Shown: positions 10,447-20,832, numbered from the stretch's first letter. The stretch: DNA of 64,000 nucleotides from Candidatus Bathyarchaeota archaeon (GCA_963717465.1 OY970340.1:1-64000); one strand, 5' to 3'. Notes: generated by a model not told the origin, from the sequence alone. Translations and numbers: made by a program.

Positions 10447-10761
10447 TTAGCTTCCTTTAACAACTGCTTTAACGATTGTAGTAATTGCTGAATCTACATG
10501 CTTTTCTGCTTGCGCCTTAAGCTTTTCAGCTTCAAGCATGTTGGCTTTCAATTGTTCATCACGCTTACGATTTGATTCGTCAATTTCGCCTGAATAAGCT
10601 TGTTGAGCTTTTTCCTCAGCATACATTTTGCTATTAGCAATTAATGTCTCGGCATCTTGCCTTGCAGTTGACACCATACTCTTTGCTGCGTTTTGTGCAT
10701 CAGTACGAATTTGTTCTGCTTGAGCTTCGATTTTTTTTAGCTCTTCCCAAACTTTCTCCAT
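10447..10761 (-). CDS. atpH: A/V-type ATP synthase subunit H (G-like peripheral stalk)
   Basis: 104-aa Ala/Glu/Lys-rich helix (LKKIEAQAEQI) at the head of the operon. Confidence 0.75.
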   Translation of the reverse strand: MEKVWEELKKIEAQAEQIRTDAQNAAKSMVSTARQDAETLIANSKMYAEEKAQQAYSGEIDESNRKRDEQLKANMLEAEKLKAQAEKHVDSAITTIVKAVVKGS

Positions 10762-11094
10762 TTTTCAACGGCACCTGCTTGTTACATAGATTAAGCTTCT
10801 CGTTTTCCCAGCAACGAATTACCATGTAATTCGTTAGCTTTTGAGTAAACAATTCATCCTTGTATTTATATTAATTTAGGTTCAAAAGCAATAAGTTGCT
10901 AATCAAAAAAGCAATTTATGACAGTACAATGCTTACTTTTTTGATTTTTTTATTCGCCCGCCCAAGTTCGTCAGCGCTACATTGATAGCACTAAATTTTA
11001 CACTGCAAACTATTTAAAATTAAGAAAACTGTTTGAAAACACGAAATGTTCATATTATTGCAAGCAAGCATACAAAATACAGTGAGGTTTTATT

Positions 11095-11529
11095 ATGCCA
11101 AAAATTCTTGTCCTATATTATAGTCAAACTGGAAACACAGAAAAAATGGCTAATGCAGTAACAGAAGGTGCCAAAAGCGCCGGCAGCGAAGTTGAACTTA
11201 ACTACTTCATTGACGCTGAAGCATTAGGCAAATTTGACGCAATAATTGTTGGCACACCAACTTACCATCATAATATGCCGGAAGATATTAAACGGATTTT
11301 CGAGGAAGCAGCTGTAAAAAATGTAAACCTTAAGGGCAAGATAGGTGCAACTTTCGGTTCATTCGGTTGGAGTGGTGAAGCTCCAAAGCTCGTCATTGAA
11401 ATCATGAAAAACAAGTTTGAAATGAAAGTGAACGAGCCACCATTATTATCAAAATCTACGCCTGATCAAAACATGCTCGACGCATGCAAAGCACTCGGAA
11501 AACGTGTTTCCGAAAGCCTTAAGCAGTAA
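11095..11529 (+). CDS. Flavodoxin
   Basis: YYSQTGNTEKMA FMN loop, GTPTY, FGSFGWSGEA. Confidence 0.92.
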   Translation: MPKILVLYYSQTGNTEKMANAVTEGAKSAGSEVELNYFIDAEALGKFDAIIVGTPTYHHNMPEDIKRIFEEAAVKNVNLKGKIGATFGSFGWSGEAPKLVIEIMKNKFEMKVNEPPLLSKSTPDQNMLDACKALGKRVSESLKQ

Positions 11530-11546
11530 AAATAACATTTTTTATT

Positions 11547-12041
11547 ATGAGGATAAAAGCATTGGCTTCGAAAGATAGTCTCCTAAAATTTCTGCTAAAT
11601 CAAATAACCGTCGAAAATGAAATAGTTGAATCCATAAATAAATCGCTAGACTCCATAAAGAACCCTCCCGTTAAAGGCGTGCTAAAGGGAATATCGTTAG
11701 ATTCAACAAAACATGGTGAGCTTTACTCGGCTGCAATAACTTTACTGACAGAATCGTCTAGAGCGTTAACGCAGGAGAATTTAGATGAGCAGAGAGCTTT
11801 GGTTGAGAAGCATATTAGAATCGAATCTGAGTTGATTGATAAGCTTGAGAGTATGATTCCATCGATAGAGAACAAGAAAGTGGTGTTCTTACTAAAAAAT
11901 ATTTTAGGCGATGAAAGAAGGCATCATGCAATGCTAAAGCTTGTCCTTGACATCATTGTAAAGGGAGAAACTATTACTGAGGATGATTGGTGGAAAATGC
12001 TCTGGGAAAACGTCCCGTTCCACGGATCACCCGGCGGATAA
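11547..12041 (+). CDS. Ferritin-like/rubrerythrin-type di-iron protein
   Basis: E...DSxKH and E...DERRHH four-helix-bundle motifs. Confidence 0.75.
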   Translation: MRIKALASKDSLLKFLLNQITVENEIVESINKSLDSIKNPPVKGVLKGISLDSTKHGELYSAAITLLTESSRALTQENLDEQRALVEKHIRIESELIDKLESMIPSIENKKVVFLLKNILGDERRHHAMLKLVLDIIVKGETITEDDWWKMLWENVPFHGSPGG

Positions 12042-12092
12042 AGACTAAAGCAGAATTTACGGTCGCAAAAATTATTGTAAACGGTGAAATGT

Positions 12093-13280
12093 ATGGTAAA
12101 AGTAAGTTTGAAAGAAGGAGTAAACTGGGTCGGAGTAATTGACTGGAACTTAAGAGATTTCCACGGCTACAAAACCAACAGAGGAAGCACATACAATGCC
12201 TACTTGATTTCAGATGAGAAAACAGCGCTCGTTGACACTGTTAAGCACACGTTTTCTGATGAACTAATTCAGCATGTCTCAGAACTGACAAGCTTTGACA
12301 AAATAGACTACATAATAATTAATCACGTTGAGATGGATCACTCTAGTTCTTTGCCGATCATAGCCAAACTTGCCAAAAACGCAAAAATAATAGCTTCTCA
12401 AAGGGGAAAGGCAGCTTTAATTGAGCATTATGGACAGGAATTTAACATTGTCGAAGCTGTTAAGACAGGTGACGAATTAAAACTTGGAAAAAGAACATTA
12501 CGGTTCCTTGAGGCCCCAATGTTGCATTGGCCTGACAGCATGTTTACCTATTTGGTCGAAGATAAAATCTTGATGCCTAATGACGCGTTTGGCCAACACT
12601 TAGCTAGCAACATGCGCTTTGATGATGAAGTTGACGAGCATGTGCTGATGGATGAAGCGGCGATGTACTACTCGAACATTCTGATGCCGTTAGCACCGCT
12701 AATAACACGAAAAATCGAAGAAGTCGTACAAATGAAAATCCCAATTGATATCATCGCTCCAAGCCATGGGATAATCTGGCGTAAGGATCCATCTAAAATT
12801 ATTAATGCTTATTTGAAATGGAGCGCAGGGGAAGCTAAGAAAAAAATCGTCATTGTCTACGACACGATGTGGGGCAGTACTGATAAGATGGCAAGGGCAA
12901 TAGCGGACGGCGTAACTAGTCAGGGTGTTGAACTAAGAATACTAAAGCTTCGCTCTTCAGAGCTTTCAGAAATAGTAACCGAGATACTTGAAGCTAAAGC
13001 TGTACTTGTAGGGTCACCGACACTTAACAATCAAATGTTTCCTACCTTAGGCCAATTCCTAACATACATCACAGGATTGAAACCTAAAGGCAAACTCTGG
13101 GGTTTCTTTGGCTCATACGGCTGGGGAGGCGGAGCCGTAAAAGGCATGATTGAAACAGCTAAAAAAGCCGGATTCGAAGTAGTAGAGCCAGGACTTGAAG
13201 CAAAATTTGTTCCCAAACAGGATGACCTGCAGAAATGCTTCGAGTTCGGAAAAGAATTGGGGCTAAAAATTAAAGGATAG
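12093..13280 (+). CDS. fprA: Flavodiiron protein (FprA; O2/NO reductase)
   Basis: HVEMDH, HWPD, DAFG, PSHG metallo-beta-lactamase ligands plus C-terminal flavodoxin domain; GGTGA RBS before ATG 12093. Confidence 0.95.
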   Translation: MVKVSLKEGVNWVGVIDWNLRDFHGYKTNRGSTYNAYLISDEKTALVDTVKHTFSDELIQHVSELTSFDKIDYIIINHVEMDHSSSLPIIAKLAKNAKIIASQRGKAALIEHYGQEFNIVEAVKTGDELKLGKRTLRFLEAPMLHWPDSMFTYLVEDKILMPNDAFGQHLASNMRFDDEVDEHVLMDEAAMYYSNILMPLAPLITRKIEEVVQMKIPIDIIAPSHGIIWRKDPSKIINAYLKWSAGEAKKKIVIVYDTMWGSTDKMARAIADGVTSQGVELRILKLRSSELSEIVTEILEAKAVLVGSPTLNNQMFPTLGQFLTYITGLKPKGKLWGFFGSYGWGGGAVKGMIETAKKAGFEVVEPGLEAKFVPKQDDLQKCFEFGKELGLKIKG

Positions 13281-13311
13281 CCCTTTTTCATTATTTTTTT
13301 TGTTTTTGTTT
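13281..13311 (+). terminator. Oligo-T terminator after fprA (convergent with rpoN)
   Basis: CCCTTTTTCATTATTTTTTTTGTTTTTGTT directly after the stop codon. Confidence 0.5.
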
Positions 13312-13541
13312 TAGTACAGATTGCGTGTTTCTTTGCGTTTTTCTGCTTCTTCGTAGAAACGGAGCACTTCATCTATGATTTCAACGTTAGAAAGCAGCAT
13401 TCGCCTGCAACAATATCGTTTTAATCCAAGACTGTCTAATACGTCGCCTGCGTTTTCGCCCGTCTTGATTCTTCGAGCGAATTCTTCCCATCTGTCTCCA
13501 ACCAGTTTGCCACAGGTGAAGCATCTTACGGGAATAATCAT
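13311..13541 (-). CDS. rpoN: RNA polymerase subunit N (Rpo10)
   Basis: [12 protein letters not shown]...RYCCRRMLL. Confidence 0.98.
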   Translation of the reverse strand: MIIPVRCFTCGKLVGDRWEEFARRIKTGENAGDVLDSLGLKRYCCRRMLLSNVEIIDEVLRFYEEAEKRKETRNLY

Positions 13542-13555
13542 TTAGTTTTTTCACC

Positions 13556-13966
13556 TTACCTGTAACTTTTCTGTTCCTTTGCTCTGGCTCCAGCTCCACC
13601 GAACTTTTTAGGCTCTTTAGCTCTTGAGTCTCCGGCAATCATTGTTCGGTCATATTCGCTGAAAACCGTGCGTAAATGAGTGCTTTTTGTCCATTTTAGA
13701 AGCGCGTTTGCAACGGCCATACGTGCCGCTTCAGCCTGACCCATGTATCCCCCACCTGAGGTTCTAATATCTAAATCTAATTGTCTCCAGATGTCTCCAC
13801 CTGCTTGCAGCAAAGGCTCCATTATTTTTGCCCTCGCTATGTCAGGCTCATAAATTTCAACTGGAATCTTGTTAATTCGAACTTTTCCTACACCCTGCTT
13901 AACTATTGCGCGGGCAACAGCGGTTTTTCTTTTTCCGCTAACAACTAAAACTTTCTTTGCTGGCAT
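13556..13966 (-). CDS. rps9: 30S ribosomal protein S9
   Basis: GKRKTAVARA, GGGYMGQAEA, QKSYR. Confidence 0.98.
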   Translation of the reverse strand: MPAKKVLVVSGKRKTAVARAIVKQGVGKVRINKIPVEIYEPDIARAKIMEPLLQAGGDIWRQLDLDIRTSGGGYMGQAEAARMAVANALLKWTKSTHLRTVFSEYDRTMIAGDSRAKEPKKFGGAGARAKEQKSYR

Positions 13967-13970
13967 TTAT

Positions 13971-14414
13971 CTAGTCACCCTCATTCCATCCTACTTCTTT
14001 TGCTAACTCGGCAAGCGTTAAGTGTGGACCCTTCAGCTTTGCGGAGTCAGCTACGGTGAAAGTTATCATTTTTTGGTCTTTCAGCTTTAGGGGTACGCCC
14101 ATAAATACTTTTAACCGTTTAAGAGCGTTTTTTCCTTTTGGCTGCTTGAATGGAAGCATACCTCTAACTGTTTTGCGGATTATTCGGTCTGGTCGCCTGT
14201 AGTGGAACGGCCCTCTTTCAGGTGCTCCAACTTCAAGGAATTCTTTTGCTTCTGCTACTCTGCTCTTGCGTTTTCCTGATAAGACTGCTTTTTCAGCGTT
14301 AAGAACGACTACTTCTTCACCGTTTAACAGTCTCTTGGCAACTTGGCTAGCCATTCTTCCAACAATAAGCCCTTCAGCGTTAACAAAAGTAGTCATGCTT
14401 TTTTGCTCTTGCAT
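13971..14414 (-). CDS. rpl13: 50S ribosomal protein L13
   Basis: GRMASQVAK, NAEKAV, RKTVRGMLP; ATG at 14414 after a GGTGA RBS. Confidence 0.96.
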   Translation of the reverse strand: MQEQKSMTTFVNAEGLIVGRMASQVAKRLLNGEEVVVLNAEKAVLSGKRKSRVAEAKEFLEVGAPERGPFHYRRPDRIIRKTVRGMLPFKQPKGKNALKRLKVFMGVPLKLKDQKMITFTVADSAKLKGPHLTLAELAKEVGWNEGD

Positions 14415-14418
14415 TTTT

Positions 14419-14781
14419 TCACCTGATAATTTTAACGTTCGAACCCTTAGGATTCTTCTCCAACAGTTCGGAAATTGAAAGATACGTTGCTTTTGCGTTC
14501 TTGAGTTTTTCCCGAGCCGTTCCAGAAGCATCAAACGAGGCAACGGTAACTGAATGATCTATGCTGCCGGCTCCCAGAATCTTCCCCGGTACAACAATAA
14601 CGTCACTTTCATCGGTGTTCCTGCTTATTTGACTCAAATTAACTGAAACACGCAGCGATCGCGGCTTACCCAAATAATCAGCTACGTCCCGCCAAATTTC
14701 TGCGTTTTTTTCTCTGCTTTCTTTCTTTAAAAGTCTTATAAGTTGGACAAGTTGTGGATTTGTTGCTTGAGTTTCTTTCAT
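14419..14781 (-). CDS. rpl18e: 50S ribosomal protein L18e
   Basis: TNPQL, VVPGKILGAG, NPKGSNVKII. Confidence 0.96.
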   Translation of the reverse strand: MKETQATNPQLVQLIRLLKKESREKNAEIWRDVADYLGKPRSLRVSVNLSQISRNTDESDVIVVPGKILGAGSIDHSVTVASFDASGTAREKLKNAKATYLSISELLEKNPKGSNVKIIR

Positions 14782-15593
14782 TCTTTTTCACTCTTTACTA
14801 GTTCCTCGAATTCGATGAGCTGTTTGCCTAAAATTTTTGTAGCTTCTTGGAGAACTCTTTCAGGCGGAAGCGCACCTGTAGATTCTAAATTCATTACAAA
14901 AGCGTTCTTTTCCCATTCAACCTTCAAAGGTGAAGGCTTTTGCGGACAAGCATCTACGCAGTCCATGCATAGAGTGCATGCTAAAAGATCTTTAATTTCA
15001 ACTTTACCATCTTTGTAAGCGTAAACCTTTTTTGGACATATCTCGACGCATTTTTCGCAGTCCTTACATACTTTCTCTGGAGTGGTTATTTTCGGGTAAT
15101 ACTTATAGGCACTCATGCAAACGGGCTGCCATTTCGCGTGCGTTTTACCCCTTCCAAGTCGCGCGTAAGCTTCAAGCTTAAGTTTTTGACCTTTCGCAAG
15201 TTTAAGCAGGGGAATCCTGTCTGAAACTGGCAAAACATCAGGATTTTCAGAGACTATTTCTCCTGAATAAACAGTTCTTGTTTCATCCTTAGCTTCCGCA
15301 TCTAAAGTTAAGGTTACTCTACATTCTGGGCAACCGAATTCGCTTTTGCAGGAGCATTCTTCTGGGAGATTGTAATTGTCCAAGCTGGTTTTTAATGGTG
15401 TAAGCCCCAGCCTATGAGCAATGATTTCGTCTTGAAGAACGGAGCTGTTTTCAATCATGACAACTTCATCTATTGCCATGCATGGAACCAGTGCAAGTGA
15501 AATTCTTCGCAGCGCGTTCATTAATGAAACGTCTGCGTCTTTCACTACTAACCGTAGATTAGTATCGTTTTTCTCAAGTATTTCTATTTTCAC
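14778..15593 (-). CDS. rpoD: RNA polymerase subunit D (Rpo3) with ferredoxin-like domain
   Basis: NALRR, DEIIAHRLGLTP, HAKWQP; two CxxCxxCxxxCP motifs; GTG start at 15593. Confidence 0.96.
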   Translation of the reverse strand: MKIEILEKNDTNLRLVVKDADVSLMNALRRISLALVPCMAIDEVVMIENSSVLQDEIIAHRLGLTPLKTSLDNYNLPEECSCKSEFGCPECRVTLTLDAEAKDETRTVYSGEIVSENPDVLPVSDRIPLLKLAKGQKLKLEAYARLGRGKTHAKWQPVCMSAYKYYPKITTPEKVCKDCEKCVEICPKKVYAYKDGKVEIKDLLACTLCMDCVDACPQKPSPLKVEWEKNAFVMNLESTGALPPERVLQEATKILGKQLIEFEELVKSEKE

Positions 15594-15698
15594 TTGCTGA
15601 AACACTCCACAATTAACTGTTAACAGAGATGTGCTTTCCAATGAAAGTAACAGTGCATTATTTCAATTTTTCTATTAATATAAAGGGACATTTGAAGA

Positions 15699-16097
15699 TT
15701 AAACTCTTCTGCCTCGTCTTCCACCGGGTCTTCTAGTGCCATCGTGGGGTATCGGCGTGACCTCTTCAATGCGTTCAATTCGAAAACCAAACCTTGCTAG
15801 GGCGCGGATAGCTGCTTGAGCACCTGGACCTGGAGTTCTCGGTCCCGATCCTCCTGGCGCGCGGACTTTGATGTGGATTGCTGTTACGCCTTTGTCTCTT
15901 GCAATTTCTGCAGCGGCTGTGGCAGCACGCATTGCAGCGTAAGGTGAGGATTCCATGCGGTCGGCTTTGACGAACATTCCACCGGTTGTTCGAGAAATTG
16001 TTTCTGCGCCTGAAATGTCAGTTATATGGATTAGAGTGTTATTGTATGAGCTAAAAATGTGGACGACGCCCCATTTCTCGTTTCGTTTACTGCTCAA
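15699..16097 (-). CDS. rps11: 30S ribosomal protein S11
   Basis: [30 protein letters not shown]. Confidence 0.98.
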   Translation of the reverse strand: MSSKRNEKWGVVHIFSSYNNTLIHITDISGAETISRTTGGMFVKADRMESSPYAAMRAATAAAEIARDKGVTAIHIKVRAPGGSGPRTPGPGAQAAIRALARFGFRIERIEEVTPIPHDGTRRPGGRRGRRV

Positions 16098-16675
16098 TAT
16101 CGTCCACCTCCTCTTCGACCACGACTAGGCTGCCTTACTACAGTTTGTTTAGCTGAAACAGATAAGCCAGCGCGTAATGGATGAGTCTCTTTTGCGACAG
16201 CGCTTTGAGGTGAATAGGTGACTTCTTTCTCTTCTTCCTTTGAAACGATGTAGCCAGGAATTGTTACACGGCGATTAGCTATTGTTATGTGTCCATGGGT
16301 TATGAGTTGACGGGATTGGAAGATTGTTCGTGCTAAGCCTTTTCGGAAAACGATTGTTTGAAGTCTGCGTTCCAAGATGTTCTCGATGGTTAAGTCTAAA
16401 ACGTTATCAAGCACCGCTGTATCCTGCAGAATTCCAAGTTTCTTGGCCCGAGTTAGCAACTCGTTTTCCATTTTTGAGCGTTCTTCAGCGGGCTTACTAA
16501 TGAGTAGACGAGCAATTCCTCTAGTCTTTGATAGCAAAGTTTTATGGCGCCATAGCTCATGCTTGTTTCTCAAGCCATATTGCCCTAAGAGTTTAAGTTC
16601 TTCTTGAAGAATATCTTTGCGCCAGCGATAACGAGGAGTATCAAACTTTTTACGTTGCTTTTTAGGATCTCCCAT
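16094..16675 (-). CDS. rps4: 30S ribosomal protein S4
   Basis: [31 protein letters not shown]. Confidence 0.98.
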   Translation of the reverse strand: MGDPKKQRKKFDTPRYRWRKDILQEELKLLGQYGLRNKHELWRHKTLLSKTRGIARLLISKPAEERSKMENELLTRAKKLGILQDTAVLDNVLDLTIENILERRLQTIVFRKGLARTIFQSRQLITHGHITIANRRVTIPGYIVSKEEEKEVTYSPQSAVAKETHPLRAGLSVSAKQTVVRQPSRGRRGGGRY

Positions 16676-16677
16676 TC

Positions 16678-17169
16678 TTATTTACCTCCTTCAGCTGGTG
16701 CAGCGCCACCAGGTCTTTGCATGAGAGTCTTCTTCTTAACACCCAAAGCTTTTCCTGCTCTTCCAGTGGTTTTTGTTCTTTGACCACGCACTTTCAGGCC
16801 GTATGCATGACGGTATCCACGCCAAGACCTGATTTCTTTGGCCTGATCAATATCAGTTTTTGTTCTCAAAACCAAATCAGCACTTAAAAGGTGAGTGTCT
16901 CTTCCTGTTTCTGAATCTTTACGCCTGTTAAAAAGCCAACTGGGAATGCTATATTTTGCTGGATCCTTAATTATATCCTCAATTTTTGAAATATCTGACT
17001 CAGTTAAGAATCCAACCCTTAAATCAGGGTTTACTCCTGCCTTTTTAAGGACAGCATTCGAGAGACTAAGACTAACCCCTTTAACTTCTGCTACAGCGTA
17101 AAAAGTCTTAAGTGTACCAGGTGCATCCGTACCCAGAATACGAACTATATGACGATATTCCTGCGACAT
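16678..17169 (-). CDS. rps13: 30S ribosomal protein S13
   Basis: WRGYRHAYGLKVRGQRTKTTGR. Confidence 0.98.
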   Translation of the reverse strand: MSQEYRHIVRILGTDAPGTLKTFYAVAEVKGVSLSLSNAVLKKAGVNPDLRVGFLTESDISKIEDIIKDPAKYSIPSWLFNRRKDSETGRDTHLLSADLVLRTKTDIDQAKEIRSWRGYRHAYGLKVRGQRTKTTGRAGKALGVKKKTLMQRPGGAAPAEGGK

Positions 17170-17323
17170 GCTAAATTTTCATCCGTTTACTTGAAGCATA
17201 TACGAAATAACCCAGAATTTATTTAAACCTTCCCTTCCCTTTCCATAAGGAACAAAACTCTAAAACCATATTCACGAGTTTCTTGGAAACTTCCGTGACT
17301 TATGAAAAGGCAAGCACTATGTT

Positions 17324-17743
17324 CTACATATAACGTCTTATTTCTTTCGCAGTTGCATCAAGCTTTTTCCGCTCAACCTCTCCTGCACTATCAAAAGGCA
17401 CTAGTTTTTGTCCATTGTAACGCGGAATGACGTGAACATGTAAATGGAAAACTTCTTGCCCAGCTGCCTTGCCATTCTGTTGAATAATGCTTATCCCATC
17501 GGCGTTTTCAGCCTTTTTAACAGCTACAGAAGTTGGTTTAACGATTTCGTGGACACACCCCAGCAATTTCTTTGGGATATCTAAAACGTCAACATAATGC
17601 TCCTTAGGGATAATCAATGTGTGCCCTTCATTTAAGGGTCTGATATCCATAAAAGCCAGTACAGTTTCGTCTTCAAAAATAATGCTTGCTGGGGCTTGCT
17701 TGGCGACTATCTTGCAGAATATACAGGAAGCATCAGTTTTCAT
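17324..17743 (-). CDS. HIT family hydrolase
   Basis: CIFCKI, GHTLIIPK, HLHVHVIPR triad. Confidence 0.95.
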   Translation of the reverse strand: MKTDASCIFCKIVAKQAPASIIFEDETVLAFMDIRPLNEGHTLIIPKEHYVDVLDIPKKLLGCVHEIVKPTSVAVKKAENADGISIIQQNGKAAGQEVFHLHVHVIPRYNGQKLVPFDSAGEVERKKLDATAKEIRRYM

Positions 17744-17864
17744 GCCGAATCATCAACTCCTTTCACACTAGTTTCTTATCAAGTTTTGTGCATTTAGCAA
17801 TCGATTTATATGTGCATTGTTAATTCTTATTCTTTTAACATAAAATTATGTGAAGTGAATAATT

Positions 17865-18149
17865 ATGACACAGTTAGAGGATAATGTCCGCAAAGAAGTA
17901 GGCAAAGTTATGGATCCAGAAACAGGTCAATCATTCGAAGAAATGCAAATGATTCAAAGCGTAAAAGAAACTGAACCAGGCAATGTTACCGTAGAATTTG
18001 TTCCAAGCAGCCCATTCTGCCCAATAGCATTTAAACTAGCAGCAGACATAAAAACAGCTGCCAAATCAGTTGCAGGCGTGACAAAAACCACCGTTCTCTG
18101 CAAAGGACACGCAATGGAACAACAAATCAACGAAATGACCAACAAGTAA
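17865..18149 (+). CDS. DUF59/MIP18 (SufT-like) Fe-S cluster assembly protein
   Basis: VMDPE...PFCP motif. Confidence 0.85.
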   Translation: MTQLEDNVRKEVGKVMDPETGQSFEEMQMIQSVKETEPGNVTVEFVPSSPFCPIAFKLAADIKTAAKSVAGVTKTTVLCKGHAMEQQINEMTNK

Positions 18150-18265
18150 ATGCTCTCATAAGTACAAGACACTTTAAGCCCTTTTTTGTATGTATCTACT
18201 AAGGTCCATTAGTTTGTTGATTATGTGACCATGGCAGACAAACGTGAAAATATTATAATTAAATT

Positions 18266-18610
18266 TTATTCAAATACTTCTCGATTCAATTTGAAATTTG
18301 GCGTATGAATCAGAATCATTTTCACAATTTCGTTGGAACCGTTTTTATATTTGAACTTTTCACCCTTCTTTATTATACGCAAATCACCAGTATGCAAAAC
18401 AAACTCTTCATTGTTTATGATGAAATCAATTTTTCCAGTTAGGATATAGTAGTACTTACTTGATCTCTTTGACCATGATAGTTTATGACCCACTTGTGGA
18501 GGAACAGAAATTACTGCAAATGATGAATTCTCATCACATTTTGAAGTATAGTCTTTGATTCCTAAACCATCAAAATCAAATTGTTCCACTTTGTTTTCTC
18601 TAATAATCAT
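18266..18610 (-). CDS. Cupin domain protein
   Basis: YYILTGKIDF and GDLRIIKKGEKF beta-barrel pattern; metal-binding His residues degenerate. Confidence 0.75.
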   Translation of the reverse strand: MIIRENKVEQFDFDGLGIKDYTSKCDENSSFAVISVPPQVGHKLSWSKRSSKYYYILTGKIDFIINNEEFVLHTGDLRIIKKGEKFKYKNGSNEIVKMILIHTPNFKLNREVFE

Positions 18611-18676
18611 TTATATCCTCAATTTCATCTTCACTTTAATTTTATTTAGTTTTTTATTTGGAAGTTACCGAAACAG

Positions 18677-19444
18677 CTATTTCATGCGAGTGAACGCCCA
18701 TGTGCCAACTCCAATCATTAGTACACTGAAAGCACATACAACTATAATGTCAATGTATAAGGGCTGGAAAGCAAGAGGAGCCCACGCAGCACCTAAAATT
18801 ACCCATCGCAAAGCGTCAACGCCATAGGTTAAAGGGTTAAAAGTTGCTACTATATGAAGCCACTCTGGAACACCTGATCCGGTTAAGGGAAATAATGCTC
18901 CGCTTAAAAAGAACAATGGTAAATTTATGAATGTCTGTACTGCGCCAAAACCCTCTAAGCTGCCGATAAAACTTGCTATTGTCAAGCCTAAACCAACTAA
19001 GCCAAAAGCGATGAGTATCATTATCGGTAAGCTATACAAAAACGTCACTGGATTAAATGAAATACCTATAAGTATTCCAAAAACAAACACGATAATTCCC
19101 TGGATAAGGGCGTCAGTGCTATCGCCAAACATTTTGCCTAAGTAAAGAGTGAAACGTGAAACAGGAGAGACAAGAATTTCCTTCATGAAACCGAATTCCC
19201 TGTCCCAAATAACTGAAATTCCCATGAACATTGAAGTGAAAAGCAGTGTTTGACCGATTATTCCGGGAAAAATGTATTGTTGATAATTTAAGCCTGGGAT
19301 CGTAAACCTAGCTGCAAAACCAGCGCCGAAAATAAATAGCCACAAAAGAGGCTGAACAAAACTGCTTATCAGCCTGACTCTGTCTCTAACAAAACGCTTG
19401 ATTTCTCTAAGCCACAGTGTATAAAGACCACGTATTTCCGTCAT
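18677..19444 (-). CDS. ABC-2 type exporter permease
   Basis: DREFGFMKEILVSP, FFLSGALFP, NPLTYGVDALR. Confidence 0.93.
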   Translation of the reverse strand: MTEIRGLYTLWLREIKRFVRDRVRLISSFVQPLLWLFIFGAGFAARFTIPGLNYQQYIFPGIIGQTLLFTSMFMGISVIWDREFGFMKEILVSPVSRFTLYLGKMFGDSTDALIQGIIVFVFGILIGISFNPVTFLYSLPIMILIAFGLVGLGLTIASFIGSLEGFGAVQTFINLPLFFLSGALFPLTGSGVPEWLHIVATFNPLTYGVDALRWVILGAAWAPLAFQPLYIDIIVVCAFSVLMIGVGTWAFTRMK

Positions 19445-20430
19445 TTTATCTTTCCCCTACGAGCAGCTTCCATACCATGCAGTTCCCTGCTTGTATCCCC
19501 TCGTATTGTTCTACCAGTATAATGCAAGAAAACATCTTCAAGATTAGGTTCTCGCAAAACCACAGACTCAACGTAAATGCTGTTTTGCGTTGCTAAATCC
19601 ACAATCCTCGGCATAACTATTTTCCCATTACGCACAGTAATTTCTAAGGTTCCATCGATAATTTGCTTTTTCTTAAAATCAATCTTTCCAGCTATAAGCT
19701 CAGACAGAGCATCAACTTTGTCAGCTTTAACCATAATAACGTCGCCTTCAAGAGTTTCCTTCAAGTTAGGCGGCGAATCCATCACAACGATTTTGCCGTT
19801 ATCCATGATGGCTATTCGATCTGACAGCCTGTCAGCTTCATCCATGTAATGGGTTGTTAAAACGACTGTTATATCATGCGCTTCCTTTAGCTCATGAATG
19901 TACTTCCAGATGTAATCCCTTGTTTGAGGATCAAGACCAACTGTTGGCTCATCTAAAAACAATACTTTTGGATAATGAATTAGTCCTCTTGCAAGCTCCA
20001 ACCTTCTTCGCATACCACCTGAATAAGTCCTCATTATATCATCAGCGCGATCTTGCAATTGCACTAAGCGTAGAACATTATTAATTCGATCACTCTGTTC
20101 GCTGGGTGGAACACCATACAGGTTAGCATGCATAATGAGATTTTCTCTTCCCGTCAATCTATCATCTATGCTTGGTTCCTGAAAAACTATTCCGATGGAT
20201 TTGCGCACTTGTTTTGATTCCTTAACGATGTCAAATCCATTGACAGTTGCAGTTCCAGATGTAGGCTTTAGAATCGTGCAGAGCATTGAGATAGTCGTTG
20301 TTTTTCCTGCGCCGTTGGGACCTAACAAGCCAAAAATTTCGCCATGATCAACTGCTATGTCAAGGCTATCAACCGCTTTAAATTGACCATAAGCTTTGGT
20401 TAATTTGTTAGTAACAATAACTTTGAGCAA
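19441..20430 (-). CDS. ABC exporter ATP-binding protein (DrrA-like)
   Basis: GPNGAGKTT, YSGGMRRR, LFLDEPT, TTHY. Confidence 0.95.
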   Translation of the reverse strand: MLKVIVTNKLTKAYGQFKAVDSLDIAVDHGEIFGLLGPNGAGKTTTISMLCTILKPTSGTATVNGFDIVKESKQVRKSIGIVFQEPSIDDRLTGRENLIMHANLYGVPPSEQSDRINNVLRLVQLQDRADDIMRTYSGGMRRRLELARGLIHYPKVLFLDEPTVGLDPQTRDYIWKYIHELKEAHDITVVLTTHYMDEADRLSDRIAIMDNGKIVVMDSPPNLKETLEGDVIMVKADKVDALSELIAGKIDFKKKQIIDGTLEITVRNGKIVMPRIVDLATQNSIYVESVVLREPNLEDVFLHYTGRTIRGDTSRELHGMEAARRGKIK

Positions 20431-20529
20431 AGCTATTTTTCACTGAAAGCAAAAAGAAAGAAGGGTAATTTAAATTATTTCCCCATCAAATTAAACATTT
20501 ATGAAATAAGAAATAACAATGTAAAAAAA

Positions 20530-20832
20530 TCATGGGCTTTTTGATTCCACAGACCTGCGTTTTCTGAAGAGTATAAAAACGTGGCCTCTAACCTCAACCA
20601 GAGAAGCGCCTGTCTGCTCAGCTGCTTTAGAAGCTATGGTTTGCGCAGTGTTTTCCTGCTGAAGGGCGCTTGGCAAGATTCTTGCTTTTATCATTTTATT
20701 TTTTTGCAGTTGCTTTTCTATCTCGTTTATTAATTGGGGTGTTAAGCCGTCTTTGCCAATCCAAACAGTTGGATTCTCGTCTTTTAGCACGTGTCTAACG
20801 TGACGTTTCAAGCGTGTGGTTATTTTGCTCAA
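20530..20832 (-). CDS. YhbY/CRM RNA-binding protein
   Basis: PTVWIGKDGLT, MIKARIL, VRGHVFILFR. Confidence 0.9.
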   Translation of the reverse strand: MSKITTRLKRHVRHVLKDENPTVWIGKDGLTPQLINEIEKQLQKNKMIKARILPSALQQENTAQTIASKAAEQTGASLVEVRGHVFILFRKRRSVESKSP

